Positions 1-9,969 of a stretch of DNA of 64,000 nucleotides are shown one piece after another. The position numbers and the translations under genes are program-made. Below the pieces are notes generated by a model, which saw only the letters and a program-made list of their open reading frames with translations, was not told the origin of the DNA and did not search any database. Origin of the DNA: a virus (lineage: Duplodnaviria; Heunggongvirae; Uroviricota; Caudoviricetes); IMG/VR virus record IMGVR_UViG_3300027963_000034, positions 186,552-250,551 of that record; one strand, given 5' to 3'. How positions within the stretch are numbered: the stretch's first letter is position 1; every line of letters starts with the position of its first letter.

Positions 1-315
1 TATTGTATGATTACTTCTATCATATTCTATCGTTTGCTTATTTTTTATAAATTTTTCATATTTTTTATAATATTTGCCAATTTTACCCAACATATCATCA
101 TTTTGTAAAAACCCTCTCATTTTTAAATAAAATCCTGCCCAAGACCCACCTGCTTCAAATGCCTTTTTTCTAGCTGCTGCAGCATTTGCTCGTTGTGCCC
201 CCAATGTAGAACTTCTTTGAGATTGTGCTCTAGACCTTGCAGCAGCTGCTTGCCTATCAGCAATTGATTGTCGTCTAGTTGCAGCCCTTGATTCAGATTG
301 TGTTCTTCTTGACAT
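1..315 (-). CDS. hypothetical protein, N-terminal part only (gene runs off the window start)
   Basis: rc ATG at 313-315 opens a minus-strand frame (MSRRTQSESRAATRRQSIADRQAAAARS...) that stays open to position 1. Basic, Ala-rich N-terminus. Confidence 0.35.
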   Translation of the reverse strand, partial: MSRRTQSESRAATRRQSIADRQAAAARSRAQSQRSSTLGAQRANAAAARKKAFEAGGSWAGFYLKMRGFLQNDDMLGKIGKYYKKYEKFIKNKQTIEYDRSNHTI

Positions 316-324
316 AATCTAAAA

Positions 325-1605
325 TTAGTTTTTACTTAAAAAATTTCTAGCTGATAATATTACTTCTATTTTATCTTTAAGTGCATTAAATCCTGCTGCA
401 TTTGCCGGTCCAATGGCCGATGGGCCTGCGGGTGTGTAAAATACTTGATTTGTAATTAAATCTATTAATGTTTTTAATACATCTACTAACTCACCACCTA
501 ATACCATTTGTTGAACCGCTGCACCCGCATCACCTTCACCGCTATCACTTCCCAAATATACATTACCACCCGAATCTGAGTTTAAAAATATTTTAGTGTT
601 GGTGTGTAATGTTATGTCTCCATCGGAATGCTCATATATTGAAGAAGCAGCATCTACACTAAATACACCATCGGTAATTACACCAGTATTTCCTTTACCA
701 AAGATAATAAATTCTTTTGCTTTAGCCGATAAGATGATTCTATCTGAATTTATAAATAATTGGTCTCCTTTTAAATCTCCAGAAGAAGGATATGAGCCAA
801 ATCCTACTTTACTTTTTTTAATCGTTTCTTTAAAAGGTATTTTTGTTTTATTAGAGGATATATAAATAGAAGTTCCATCTTTATTTATATCTTCATCTAT
901 TAATTCTCCTAATTTTTTACTATCTAGTGCTGGGTTTTGTTTATTACGAATGAATATGCCTGGTGAAGAAGTTTTACCATCTTCGGTTAAAAAAAATTCA
1001 CTAAAACGAATTGTATTTCCAACTCTACCGGTTATAAGCGTATCTCCTTCTCTTGGTTTTAAAAATTTAATCTTTTCGTTTACTTTATATTCTTTATCTT
1101 TTTTTATCTTACCATCGCTGGCCTTTTTGGCCATTCCGGTTTGCTGTATTTGTTTATAATCTTCATTATTTGAACTAGATTTTCCTCCAGCATCTACATA
1201 TTTTATTTCACTAGCTCCAATTGTTGTTTTATAATCTTCTCTATAATTTGGATATTGTGTATTTGAAAATGGTAACCAAAAATGTTGCATACCGATATTC
1301 AATATCAATACAGTCTCTCCTACAATTGGAAATGTTATATTATTTTTATCAAAAGGAATTGCATAATCTATTAAAGATATTGAATGTTCTTTTTGAAATT
1401 TAACCGCTCCTAAAAATCGTATATCCGGGTCTTTATCTTTGTATTTATTATCATTATAGTTTACACTGGCGCTAATATTGTATAATAATGAATCTTCCTT
1501 TATTTCTTCGGTTGATTTGTATACTTTTGTTACTTTGGCCAAATAAACTTCTAAATCGCTTTTACTTTCTCCAGTAAATTCCGAATTGCTTGTTACTTCC
1601 CACAT
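325..1605 (-). CDS. hypothetical protein, possibly a virion/baseplate structural protein
   Basis: 426-aa ORF. Gly/Ser/Asp-rich beta-type repeats near the C-terminus (GSDSGEGDAG, NSDSGGNVYLGSDSG) resemble tail/baseplate spike proteins. No catalytic motif seen. Confidence 0.35.
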   Translation of the reverse strand: MWEVTSNSEFTGESKSDLEVYLAKVTKVYKSTEEIKEDSLLYNISASVNYNDNKYKDKDPDIRFLGAVKFQKEHSISLIDYAIPFDKNNITFPIVGETVLILNIGMQHFWLPFSNTQYPNYREDYKTTIGASEIKYVDAGGKSSSNNEDYKQIQQTGMAKKASDGKIKKDKEYKVNEKIKFLKPREGDTLITGRVGNTIRFSEFFLTEDGKTSSPGIFIRNKQNPALDSKKLGELIDEDINKDGTSIYISSNKTKIPFKETIKKSKVGFGSYPSSGDLKGDQLFINSDRIILSAKAKEFIIFGKGNTGVITDGVFSVDAASSIYEHSDGDITLHTNTKIFLNSDSGGNVYLGSDSGEGDAGAAVQQMVLGGELVDVLKTLIDLITNQVFYTPAGPSAIGPANAAGFNALKDKIEVILSARNFLSKN

Positions 1606-2010
1606 TTAGATTTTGTTTTTTATTTCTTCAATTTCTATTTCTAAATCTGTCAACTTTTCTTTATTTTTTTCTTCTACCTGATTAATCGTATTTTCCATTT
1701 CATTAAGTAATTGCGCTTTTTCGGTTTCACTTAACCAACCATCCTCACCAATACCTTTGGCTTCGGCGGCCGCAAGTCTTTGTGCAATTGTTGCTAATTT
1801 AATTAAGTGGTCATCGTTTTTAACCGATACCTCAATCAAATCTTTAATGATTGGGGCTATGACGGTTGCTTCACCAACATTGCGAATTAATTTACGAAGC
1901 GATTCAATCAGTTCGGAAATATTTTTCTTTTTGTTTTGTTGGTTATCGTATATGTCTTTAAATAATGATGATAAGTTTTTACCATCAAATAATTGAAATT
2001 CGCTTGCCAT
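1606..2010 (-). CDS. hypothetical coiled-coil protein
   Basis: 134-aa ORF abutting its neighbours. C-terminal Glu/Lys-rich heptad-like stretch (EKNKEKLTDLEIEIEEIKNKI). Confidence 0.45.
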   Translation of the reverse strand: MASEFQLFDGKNLSSLFKDIYDNQQNKKKNISELIESLRKLIRNVGEATVIAPIIKDLIEVSVKNDDHLIKLATIAQRLAAAEAKGIGEDGWLSETEKAQLLNEMENTINQVEEKNKEKLTDLEIEIEEIKNKI

Positions 2011-2783
2011 TATAATATGTTGTTTCTTACTATATAATTATAAAGTTCTTCACTTATTAGATTATATCCTTTTTTATTAGGATGTTTTGACGGTATAACG
2101 TCAAATGGTTCCGGATATTCCCACGCAGTTTCATCAGATATTTTTACAATAAAATCTCTAATAGTTTGTTTACCAAATCCCCAATAGTTTTTTGTATTTA
2201 TTAAATGTGTAACATCATCACCCCTTCTCAAATCTTGTACCATCATATCAAACGCATCACAAAATACATATTTTACACCATAACTCTCTAACATCTTTTG
2301 TAAGAAAATAATATAGTTTTGATTTATTATATTGTAATAATTTTGATTAAACATATTTTCTAAAAAGAAACGTTTATAATCTTCTAAAAATCCATTGTAT
2401 TTATCATCTCCAAATTTATATGATTCAAAAAATTTATGAGGTAATAAAGTAAGTTCTTTTATTGACCAACTTATCCACTCGCCTTTTGGTAAGAAATGAA
2501 CATGGTCTCTTAAAGATGAACTCCACATAATTACTACTAAATCTCCTTCGTGGATTTTTCCGTTTCTTAAATCATTAATAACTTCATTGAATATTAAATT
2601 ATTTGCTTTACCACTCCATCCATTATTTTCGTGGTCACAATTTAATTTTTCTGCTAATCGTATTGGCCAAGAATGTTTATTCCTAAAATCTTTAAGAAAC
2701 ATTCTATCTTTTAATTTTTGTTCTTCATCTATAATAGCACCCTGGCCTTCTGTCCAACTATCTCCGTATGCGTATAATTTCAT
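2010..2783 (-). CDS. SGNH/GDSL-family hydrolase (esterase/deacetylase-like), paralog 1 of 5
   Basis: N-terminal YGDSWTEG (GDS(L) block I with the catalytic Ser). Same motif position as the other four paralogs in this window. Confidence 0.6.
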   Translation of the reverse strand: MKLYAYGDSWTEGQGAIIDEEQKLKDRMFLKDFRNKHSWPIRLAEKLNCDHENNGWSGKANNLIFNEVINDLRNGKIHEGDLVVIMWSSSLRDHVHFLPKGEWISWSIKELTLLPHKFFESYKFGDDKYNGFLEDYKRFFLENMFNQNYYNIINQNYIIFLQKMLESYGVKYVFCDAFDMMVQDLRRGDDVTHLINTKNYWGFGKQTIRDFIVKISDETAWEYPEPFDVIPSKHPNKKGYNLISEELYNYIVRNNIL

Positions 2784-4480
2784 TATTTACTAATTAAATA
2801 TTTTCCTAATACTAAATAATCCATATCACAATTATGAAATGTCCAAATAGCTTTTTGTGGGTCATTAGTCATTGTATGGTCTTTTAAGTTGAATGATGTA
2901 TTTAATAGAATTGGTGTTCCTGTTAGTTTTTCAAATTCCTTTAATAATTCATAGTAAAGTGGGTTATCCTCTCTTTTTACAGTCTGTATCCTTGCAGAAT
3001 TATCAACATGCGTTACTGACGGAATGTTTACATCCTTTTTAACTTTAACAACCTGATTCATATAAGGAACATCTTCTTCTGATATAAAATACTTTTGATA
3101 ATCTTCAATTGTAACCGATGGAGCAAATGGTCTAAACATTTCTCTCTTTTTGACAACCTTATTAATTCTATCTCTAATGTCGGACAAATGTGGATTAGCC
3201 AATATAGAACGATTACCCAATGCTCTTGCACCAAATTCAGTCCTACCTTGAAACCATCCTATGATATTACCCTCTTCAATTAATTTTGCAACTTGTTTAC
3301 ATAAGATTTCATCGGTATCAAACATTACAACTTTTTTTCTATGATTTTGTAATATAATTTTAAGTAATTCAGGATTACTCCACTCTTCGCCTAAATATGG
3401 AGATTGATTATCACCACCTTTTACTTTTGGATGGCCTAATGTTTGGTGATAATGATATAAACATGCACCAATTGCCGAACCGGCATCCGATGGTGCAAAT
3501 GGAATCCACACATTTTTAATTGATGTAAATGTTTTAATTTTACCATTAGCAGTTCCGTTATATGCACATCCTCCACCCAATACTAAATTTTCACTATTCC
3601 AAATATTTGTAATTCTATTGATGATAAAATATAATGCACTTTCATACCATCTTTGTAATGATGCTGCAAGGTCTTTATGATGTTGTTCTATTGGTTCATC
3701 TTTGAAACGTGGAGGAAATCCAATTAAATCAATCAACTTATCATTAAACATATCGTTATCCGATGTATGCCATGTAAAGTAAGACATATCCATCTTTACA
3801 ATATCAATTTCACCACCAATAGTAGCAACCTTATCAAATGTATTATTATATTTTTGATTATCACCATATGGAGCTAATCCCATAACTTTGTATTCACCTT
3901 CGTTTGGTTTGAATCCTAAATAAGCAGTAAATGCTGAATAAACTAATCCCAAAGAATCTGGAAATTGTAATGTTTGTATTGTATGAAATCCTTTATCATC
4001 ACACATTGTAGCGTATACCGAATGTCTTTCTCCTACTCCGTCAATTGATAAACCTATTGCTTTATCAAATGGTGATGTATAGTAAGATAGTGCCAAATGT
4101 GAATGATGGTGTAATGAATATAAAATTTCTCCATCATATCCAATTGATTTTAATATTTCTGTTAAGTTACCTTCTGTTTCATTCCATCTCTTTAAGAATT
4201 GTCTCCATTTTATAGGATGTCTTAAACCACCCCACTTACCTATCGTTTCTCTAACTCTTTCAAATTTATGGTTTGGGTTCTCATACCAACAAACCATATC
4301 AATTTCATCAATTGTTATCTTTGTATATTCCAAACACCATTGAATTGCTTTAAACGGAAAAGAACTATCATGCTTTTCGCCGGATAGTTTCTCTTCTTCA
4401 ATTGCACATATAACTTTACCATCTATTACAATTGCTGCTGCTGAATCGTGGTAAAATCCTGATAAACCTAATTGTATCAT
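2783..4480 (-). CDS. carbamoyltransferase (NodU/CmcH/NovN family)
   Basis: N-terminus MIQLGLSGFYHDSAAAIVIDGKVICAIEEEKLSGEKHDSSFPFKAIQWCL matches the canonical carbamoyltransferase start (ILGxSxxYHDSAAAL..DG..V.A..EER..R.KHD..FP). 565 aa is the expected size. Confidence 0.85.
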   Translation of the reverse strand: MIQLGLSGFYHDSAAAIVIDGKVICAIEEEKLSGEKHDSSFPFKAIQWCLEYTKITIDEIDMVCWYENPNHKFERVRETIGKWGGLRHPIKWRQFLKRWNETEGNLTEILKSIGYDGEILYSLHHHSHLALSYYTSPFDKAIGLSIDGVGERHSVYATMCDDKGFHTIQTLQFPDSLGLVYSAFTAYLGFKPNEGEYKVMGLAPYGDNQKYNNTFDKVATIGGEIDIVKMDMSYFTWHTSDNDMFNDKLIDLIGFPPRFKDEPIEQHHKDLAASLQRWYESALYFIINRITNIWNSENLVLGGGCAYNGTANGKIKTFTSIKNVWIPFAPSDAGSAIGACLYHYHQTLGHPKVKGGDNQSPYLGEEWSNPELLKIILQNHRKKVVMFDTDEILCKQVAKLIEEGNIIGWFQGRTEFGARALGNRSILANPHLSDIRDRINKVVKKREMFRPFAPSVTIEDYQKYFISEEDVPYMNQVVKVKKDVNIPSVTHVDNSARIQTVKREDNPLYYELLKEFEKLTGTPILLNTSFNLKDHTMTNDPQKAIWTFHNCDMDYLVLGKYLISK

Positions 4481-5100
4481 TTTTTAAAATTTATATCGTA
4501 TCTAATGCCCAATGCGGGTTCAAACTTGGTAACGCGCGCATTACCATATAATACTGAATATTTTACCATATTTCTAAACTTACCATTCATTTCTAAATAG
4601 AATCGTTCTGTAATACGAACTTCTTTTGTAAATCCAACAATAAAATACCAATTTGTACTTGACTTTACATTGATATTATGGGTTAAATCAAGTAACGATT
4701 TTTCTAAATAGTAACGTAAAAATCCAACACCAAAAGAAAAATCAAACCCATATTTTAAAGGTGTTATATAATACATAGCCATACCAAATCTTTTATTTGA
4801 ACTTAATATAAATCTATCGGTTTCACTATAATACTTATTCTGAAAATCATCTGGGTAAATTACTTTGTCTCTATATATATCAAGTCCAAATCCATCTTCT
4901 TTTGGTTCTCTTCTTCTTTCGTAGTAAGCATTACCATATGGAGAAACTCCTAAACTAATACTAGTCCAATGTTCATATTCTGGTGCATCATCAATATACT
5001 CTTTAACATAAGAAATAGTTTTAATTTTTTTCAATTTATATTCTTGTGCGGTAGAAACAAGCGACAATAATATCATTGATAATATTAATAATTTTTTCAT
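4477..5100 (-). CDS. secreted protein, possible outer-membrane beta-barrel
   Basis: Bacteroidetes-style signal peptide MKKLLILSMILLSLVSTAQ. Alternating aromatic/hydrophobic beta-strand pattern, ending in aromatic-rich residues (YDINFKK). Confidence 0.4.
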   Translation of the reverse strand: MKKLLILSMILLSLVSTAQEYKLKKIKTISYVKEYIDDAPEYEHWTSISLGVSPYGNAYYERRREPKEDGFGLDIYRDKVIYPDDFQNKYYSETDRFILSSNKRFGMAMYYITPLKYGFDFSFGVGFLRYYLEKSLLDLTHNINVKSSTNWYFIVGFTKEVRITERFYLEMNGKFRNMVKYSVLYGNARVTKFEPALGIRYDINFKK

Positions 5101-5111
5101 AGTTTTTATTT

Positions 5112-5804
5112 CTAAATTTTTATATCACCTTCTCTATCAAATTCATTATAAAGTGCCATTTGTTTTTCTTTCATTTTGTTGACAACTTTTGTTATATAAT
5201 GAGTAGGGTGTCCGGTCATTTCTCTAATAAGTAAATATAGTGATTTTTTATTAAAATTTTCTATATATTCTGCTCTTCTAAATAATTCTAATACGGAATC
5301 TGCTATTTGTAAATCTCTTTTCTTTGGGAAAAAGTTTTCTAAATGTTTATCCCAATATTGTAACATTCTAGCATTGAATGTTCGGTGTTCATCATTTCTT
5401 TGTTCCTCTCTAAAATTATTTTCAGTATCAAATGATTCCGGTAATCCGGACATTATATCCGTATCTTTATATCTTTTATAGTTTGCATTATTATTTAAAA
5501 TAAGATAGTTTCTTGCAACAATAGTAAAGTAACTAAATGCTTTACCTTTACCATTTTTGTACATATGTATTTTTTCAACCATAAATGCAACCACTTCCGC
5601 CATTACATCTTGTGGGTCATCATCAAAATATGTAAACTTCCATTTATTATAGACAATTTCTGCTAATTTAGAAAATGCAGATGCTATTCTCTCTCTATAT
5701 AACTTATCTTTAATATATTGGTCAGTTGTTATATTATATTCAATAATAGCATCTTCCGTATCTTTTGTAAAATATTGTCTATTAGGACTTCTTTTTCTGG
5801 GCAT
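5112..5804 (-). CDS. sigma-70 family RNA polymerase sigma factor (phage-encoded)
   Basis: YKNGKGKAFSYFTIVARNYLI matches sigma region 2.2-2.4 (FDP..G.kFSTYA..wIr..I). C-terminal region-4-like HTH (LLIREMTGHPTHYITKVVNKMKE). Confidence 0.55.
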   Translation of the reverse strand: MPRKRSPNRQYFTKDTEDAIIEYNITTDQYIKDKLYRERIASAFSKLAEIVYNKWKFTYFDDDPQDVMAEVVAFMVEKIHMYKNGKGKAFSYFTIVARNYLILNNNANYKRYKDTDIMSGLPESFDTENNFREEQRNDEHRTFNARMLQYWDKHLENFFPKKRDLQIADSVLELFRRAEYIENFNKKSLYLLIREMTGHPTHYITKVVNKMKEKQMALYNEFDREGDIKI

Positions 5805-5806
5805 AG

Positions 5807-6067
5807 TTATCTTTGTTTGAATTTTTCAATAGTTTCTTTTATTTGATAAAATATAGAACCTACGTCATCATCCTTTTCAAACATTTCACGACTATCAATT
5901 TGTCGTAATGCCTCCAGTAATGCTTCGTTTTTTTGTAATTCCGATTGTATAAAATCATCGGTTTCTTCTATAACTTCTTCGTATTTTTCTAATTTAGAAA
6001 GAAGATTGAATATTGTATATAAGGTCGATATCAAACATACAATTAAAATTATTATTATTATTTTCAT
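5807..6067 (-). CDS. small membrane-anchored protein
   Basis: N-terminal TM helix MKIIIIILIVCLISTLYTIFNLL followed by a charged coiled segment. Confidence 0.35.
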   Translation of the reverse strand: MKIIIIILIVCLISTLYTIFNLLSKLEKYEEVIEETDDFIQSELQKNEALLEALRQIDSREMFEKDDDVGSIFYQIKETIEKFKQR

Positions 6068-6068
6068 A

Positions 6069-6704
6069 TTAAACTATTTCGTATCCTTCTAAAAAATATT
6101 TATTTGAATTTTTAAATTTAACTTCAATCAATTCTCCTTCTTTTGATTTCATTACAATTTTATCATTTCTACCATAGCTTTGTCTTTTTACAACCTGTGT
6201 GTTGTATACTCTATCTTTAATTGTAAATCCATCTAAATGGTCAATTTCATGCTGAACAATAACCGTCATCATTGTTTCTTTCGAAACTGATTCATTTGCT
6301 TTATCACCTTCTGGATTTATTTCAAAAGTTAATTCTCCCAAATTATCGGTATCAATCACAATTTTACAAGCTCTAATTGTTCTAATTGGTTTTGTAAGTG
6401 TAGATGGAATTGATAAACATCCCTCATAAAAAAGAAATCCTTCTTTAGATTTTTCTTTAATAACTGGGTTTAATAAGAATAATTCTTCATCACCAAATTG
6501 AATATAACACGCTCGTTTCTTAATACCAATTTGTGTTGCAGAAATACCTAATCCCGGATACTCTATCAGGGCGTCTGTTAATTGCATTCTCAAATTATCA
6601 GCTTCATCTTGTGTTATTTCTGACTTTAATACAGGAGTTTTTAGATATTCTCTAAACTCTTTCGTTATTAGTCCATTTGAACGTTTGTCTACTATTAATT
6701 TCAT
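6069..6704 (-). CDS. def: peptide deformylase
   Basis: All three PDF motifs are present: GLGISATQIG (GxGxAAxQ), EGCLSIP, and QHEIDHLDG (HExxH metal site). Confidence 0.9.
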   Translation of the reverse strand: MKLIVDKRSNGLITKEFREYLKTPVLKSEITQDEADNLRMQLTDALIEYPGLGISATQIGIKKRACYIQFGDEELFLLNPVIKEKSKEGFLFYEGCLSIPSTLTKPIRTIRACKIVIDTDNLGELTFEINPEGDKANESVSKETMMTVIVQHEIDHLDGFTIKDRVYNTQVVKRQSYGRNDKIVMKSKEGELIEVKFKNSNKYFLEGYEIV

Positions 6705-6707
6705 TTT

Positions 6708-6920
6708 TTATTTTTTTAATCCGTATTTTATAAATTTATACCATATTCTTTCATGAATATAATATTGAATGGGTTTATATATTAATTCTGCTATCCCAAA
6801 TGCAGCTCCAACTTTAATTGAACCACTTACTAACCACATTAATAAGAACCCGATTAAGGTACTTACAATTCGATATGAGATGGTTTTTGCTATGTGTCTC
6901 TTACGCTCTACTACCATCAT
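6708..6920 (-). CDS. small integral membrane protein
   Basis: 70 aa with two hydrophobic helices (TISYRIVSTLIGFLLMWLVSG ... VGAAFGIAELI). Confidence 0.4.
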   Translation of the reverse strand: MMVVERKRHIAKTISYRIVSTLIGFLLMWLVSGSIKVGAAFGIAELIYKPIQYYIHERIWYKFIKYGLKK

Positions 6921-7260
6921 TCTTCATTTTTCCACTACGGATTGCAGTACCACTAATTGCGGCTACATCCGTTGGTGGTTCGTGATAGATTACATCATAT
7001 CCCACACCTCTACCATAGTTCACCGATTCAATATCTGGGATGATTGATAATAATATTTTATTCCAATTATTTTGGAAAAATGGTTCATTACGAAGTTCAA
7101 ACATAACTTCTTGAGCAGTTTTAGGATTGTTTTCATCTATCTGAACATCTCTAATTGCTACCCAAACATTTTTACCTTTTTCCAATTGTTGATTAATTAA
7201 CCATTCGTGGCCTTTATGCCAATTTTGCCATCTTCCGATGTACATTGCGTATCTTTTCAT
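6901..7260 (-). CDS. cytidylyltransferase-like nucleotidyltransferase (NMN adenylyltransferase-like)
   Basis: YIGRWQNWHKGH fits the (H/T)xGH motif of the nucleotidyltransferase alpha/beta-phosphodiesterase superfamily (compare GRFQPFHxGH in NMNATs). C-terminal ISGTAIR fits ISxTxIR. Confidence 0.5.
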   Translation of the reverse strand: MKRYAMYIGRWQNWHKGHEWLINQQLEKGKNVWVAIRDVQIDENNPKTAQEVMFELRNEPFFQNNWNKILLSIIPDIESVNYGRGVGYDVIYHEPPTDVAAISGTAIRSGKMKNDGSRA

Positions 7261-8147
7261 TATATAAATTTTAATATTGCTAATTCTTTACCCTTTGCTT
7301 CAACCATAATATCAACATCTTCACCATATGTATTCGGAAGTGCATTTATATAAAGTGAGTGAGCTTGTGGTTTTTCTTTTGGGTTATTTTCGTGCAATGC
7401 TTTTGATTCGGAATAGTGCACAACTGGTGTAATTCCTTTCGGCCATGTTGATATTGCTAATTCTAATGCCGATTGTTCGGATAAATCACCTGTGCAAAAT
7501 TGATGGTGATGATAATCAAAAACAATTGGAGTTTTTATAGCAGAATAAATATACATAAGGTCTTTAACTGAATACATAGACGCCTTATCATCATTTTCTA
7601 TTGTAAGTCGTTTTTGCACCGATTTAGAGAGTCTTTGGAAGTTTTTGATGAATCTATCCATTGCAGCTTTTTTATCTCCGTAAACACCATTGCAATGAAT
7701 ATTAATTTTATTGTAGGGAGTTTTAGATAATCCCATCATATCGAATATTTTACCATGTAACTCTAAATCAGCAATAGTTTTAACTATAACCGATTCATTT
7801 GGTGAAACTAATACATTATATGGACCCGGATGTGATGTAATACGGATATTGTGAAACTTTGCGAAATCACCTGCCTTTTTTAACTCACTTTTAATCTCTT
7901 TGTAATCCTTTAATTGAGTAATATCAAAATTATCACCCCACGGGATGATAGTAGATGATAAACGAAAGAATTTAATTCCGTTTATTCTATTCCATTCTAA
8001 AATCTTAATAATATCTTTTGCATTTAGTAATGCCAACTCCGAAACATAATCCAAGCCTTTGGCATTGAATGTTTTCTTCACCATTGTACGATTAGTGGTA
8101 ACTTTCTTACCCATCGTCATATTAATACATGCATATCCTATATTCAT
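7260..8147 (-). CDS. uvdE: UV DNA damage endonuclease (UvdE/UvsE family)
   Basis: IGYACIN...FFRLSSTIIPW, TIENDDKA and VFDYHHHQF match the UvsE blocks FRFSSSIVP / TLENDDKT / VFDFHH. Confidence 0.85.
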   Translation of the reverse strand: MNIGYACINMTMGKKVTTNRTMVKKTFNAKGLDYVSELALLNAKDIIKILEWNRINGIKFFRLSSTIIPWGDNFDITQLKDYKEIKSELKKAGDFAKFHNIRITSHPGPYNVLVSPNESVIVKTIADLELHGKIFDMMGLSKTPYNKINIHCNGVYGDKKAAMDRFIKNFQRLSKSVQKRLTIENDDKASMYSVKDLMYIYSAIKTPIVFDYHHHQFCTGDLSEQSALELAISTWPKGITPVVHYSESKALHENNPKEKPQAHSLYINALPNTYGEDVDIMVEAKGKELAILKFI

Positions 8148-8154
8148 AGAATGT

Positions 8155-8187
8155 AATATACGAAAATAAATCTAAAATACCAAAAAT
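8155..8187 (-). promoter_or_regulatory. conserved phage promoter motif (Bacteroidetes-type sigma-A: TTTG ... TAnnTTTG on the minus strand)
   Basis: Plus-strand taatatacgaa-N13-taccaaa. One of 12 near-identical copies in this window. Sits upstream of uvdE. Confidence 0.5.
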
Positions 8188-9311
8188 TATATTTTATTTT
8201 TATATTTTAACCAAAAATTTACTGCATTTTGGTCATTTATCCATGTGTTTCTATCCGTCCAGTTAAAATCTGGTTTTGCATAGTATGGTATTAGATTTCT
8301 ATTACCGGTAGACCTTTCTGCGTGGCCTTCTGGTGACCACTCATCAATCATACCATCATTATTAGTATCCCAACCATCGATTGTACCATCTCCATCCAAA
8401 TCTATTGGTATTCTTACATTTTGAGGAACCTCCATTTCACCACCGTCCATTATTTCTTCCGTATCATCCCCATACACCTCATAATTTTTATAGTTTTCTT
8501 CCATCAAATCATCTAAATTATCATATAATCCCAATTTTTCGTCATTTTCTATAATTTCACCTATAAGTCTTTTTTGTTTTTGTTTTTTGGTTTCAATTAA
8601 TCCGTTAAATGCGATAATTAGAGCTACTGCAAGAGGGTCAAATACAATTACAATCAAAAATATGAAGAATTTTACAACATTTTTCAATTCCATACCAAAT
8701 GCATCAGCGACAAAACGAAACCCACCCACTTCTTTCTCCAAATCTATATTAGTAGTTTTAATTTCGTTGATTTTTTCGTTTTCTTTTGCGTTTTGGTCTT
8801 GCAAATCACCAATTTTTTTGTTAATTTTAGCAATTTCTTTATCTCTATTGTCTATTGAACGAATAAGACGAGAATTTACCTTACCACCATCTAAAATTTT
8901 ACCTTGATTTTTATTAAACTCACTAATTTGAGTAGAAAGTTGGGTAATTTGTATTGTATTTTGGTCAATTTTAGTAGAATGTACTAATATTTCTCTATCT
9001 ACCTGTTGTAATTTAAGTGATTGTGCCTGAAAAGCATTAGATAGATAACCAAAAATACCAGCGGAGGTGATTAACATTAATAATGCTACTGCGGACACTA
9101 AATACCACTTATTAAAACCTTGAATATCATCCCATTTTTGTTTGAGGTATGTAGCAGCAACTAATTTAGCAAACTCCAATGAACCGGCCATTACCATTAC
9201 TGCGGTTGAGGCACCACTAAATAATACACCCAATCCAGTTACGGAGAAAAATGCTGCACATCCGGCTATAATTAGTGCAGAAAATCCGACTAAATATTTA
9301 AGCCAATTCAT
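8187..9311 (-). CDS. membrane protein with coiled-coil and Asp-rich Ca-binding-like repeats
   Basis: N-terminal and internal TM segments. Long coiled-coil (KINKKIGDLQDQNAKENEKINEIKT). C-terminal DLDGDGTIDGWDTNNDGMIDEW (DxDxDG-like). Confidence 0.5.
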   Translation of the reverse strand: MNWLKYLVGFSALIIAGCAAFFSVTGLGVLFSGASTAVMVMAGSLEFAKLVAATYLKQKWDDIQGFNKWYLVSAVALLMLITSAGIFGYLSNAFQAQSLKLQQVDREILVHSTKIDQNTIQITQLSTQISEFNKNQGKILDGGKVNSRLIRSIDNRDKEIAKINKKIGDLQDQNAKENEKINEIKTTNIDLEKEVGGFRFVADAFGMELKNVVKFFIFLIVIVFDPLAVALIIAFNGLIETKKQKQKRLIGEIIENDEKLGLYDNLDDLMEENYKNYEVYGDDTEEIMDGGEMEVPQNVRIPIDLDGDGTIDGWDTNNDGMIDEWSPEGHAERSTGNRNLIPYYAKPDFNWTDRNTWINDQNAVNFWLKYKNKI

Positions 9312-9488
9312 TTAACGATTGATTCTAGTTAATTCGGAAATACGTTCTACTATTTTTCTAGCGTCTTCCAATGTTGTATGTCCTTCCGATGGTGACATTT
9401 GCTGTGCGCCTGTAATTCCGTTTTGTAAAATCCTTAACTTTCCGTCTAAAGCTTCTAACAATCCTTGTATTTTTTCGTTGTATATCAT
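9312..9488 (-). CDS. small hypothetical protein (58 aa, below the ORF-track cutoff)
   Basis: My own rc translation gives MIYNEKIQGLLEALDGKLRILQNG... Its stop overlaps the start of the downstream gene as TAAATG at 9309-9314. Confidence 0.3.
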   Translation of the reverse strand: MIYNEKIQGLLEALDGKLRILQNGITGAQQMSPSEGHTTLEDARKIVERISELTRINR

Positions 9489-9507
9489 AGTAATAAGTAT
9501 TTATTTG

Positions 9508-9542
9508 TATAAAAAAAGGTAGAAGTGACTGAACTCCTACCT
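9508..9542 (-). terminator. rho-independent terminator (minus strand)
   Basis: Hairpin aggtag-N14-ctacct (9517-9542). On the minus strand it is followed by the U-run encoded by the A7 tract at 9511-9517. Lies downstream of hsp20. Confidence 0.5.
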
Positions 9543-9545
9543 TTG

Positions 9546-9576
9546 TAATATACGAAAAATAACTGAATTAACCAAC
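9546..9576 (-). promoter_or_regulatory. conserved phage promoter motif (sigma-A-like)
   Basis: taatatacgaa-N11-ttaaccaac, a copy of the window-wide motif. Confidence 0.45.
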
Positions 9577-9969
9577 TTTTAAGGTTAATTTTTTTGGTTT
9601 GGACTCTTCTTTCTTTTCAAGAGTAATTGATAAAATACCATTCTTAATTTCGGCTTTTGCCTGTCTACCATCATAATTTTTACCAATAGTGATTCTTTCT
9701 TCAATATCGGAAATTAATTGATTAAATGGATTTTCTTTATCCTCTTGAGATTTTTTTGCTTTGATTTCAATTTTATCTTCATAACAATTGATTTCAATAT
9801 TTTTTGGGTCATGTCCCAATACCGATAATGCCATTGTTGCAGTATCATCTTTGATATCCACTGCAAATTTGTTAGGTACATAGGTTGTTGTTTTTGCTGC
9901 ACTCCAATTTTGGTTGTAATCATTTTCAAACCAATCGTTAATCAATCTGTCAAACTCATTAATAATCAT
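9568..9969 (-). CDS. small heat-shock protein (Hsp20/alpha-crystallin family)
   Basis: 133 aa. C-terminal GILSITLEKKE matches the Hsp20 G-V-L-T-I-x-x-P-K block and the length fits an alpha-crystallin domain. Confidence 0.75.
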   Translation of the reverse strand: MIINEFDRLINDWFENDYNQNWSAAKTTTYVPNKFAVDIKDDTATMALSVLGHDPKNIEINCYEDKIEIKAKKSQEDKENPFNQLISDIEERITIGKNYDGRQAKAEIKNGILSITLEKKEESKPKKLTLKVG

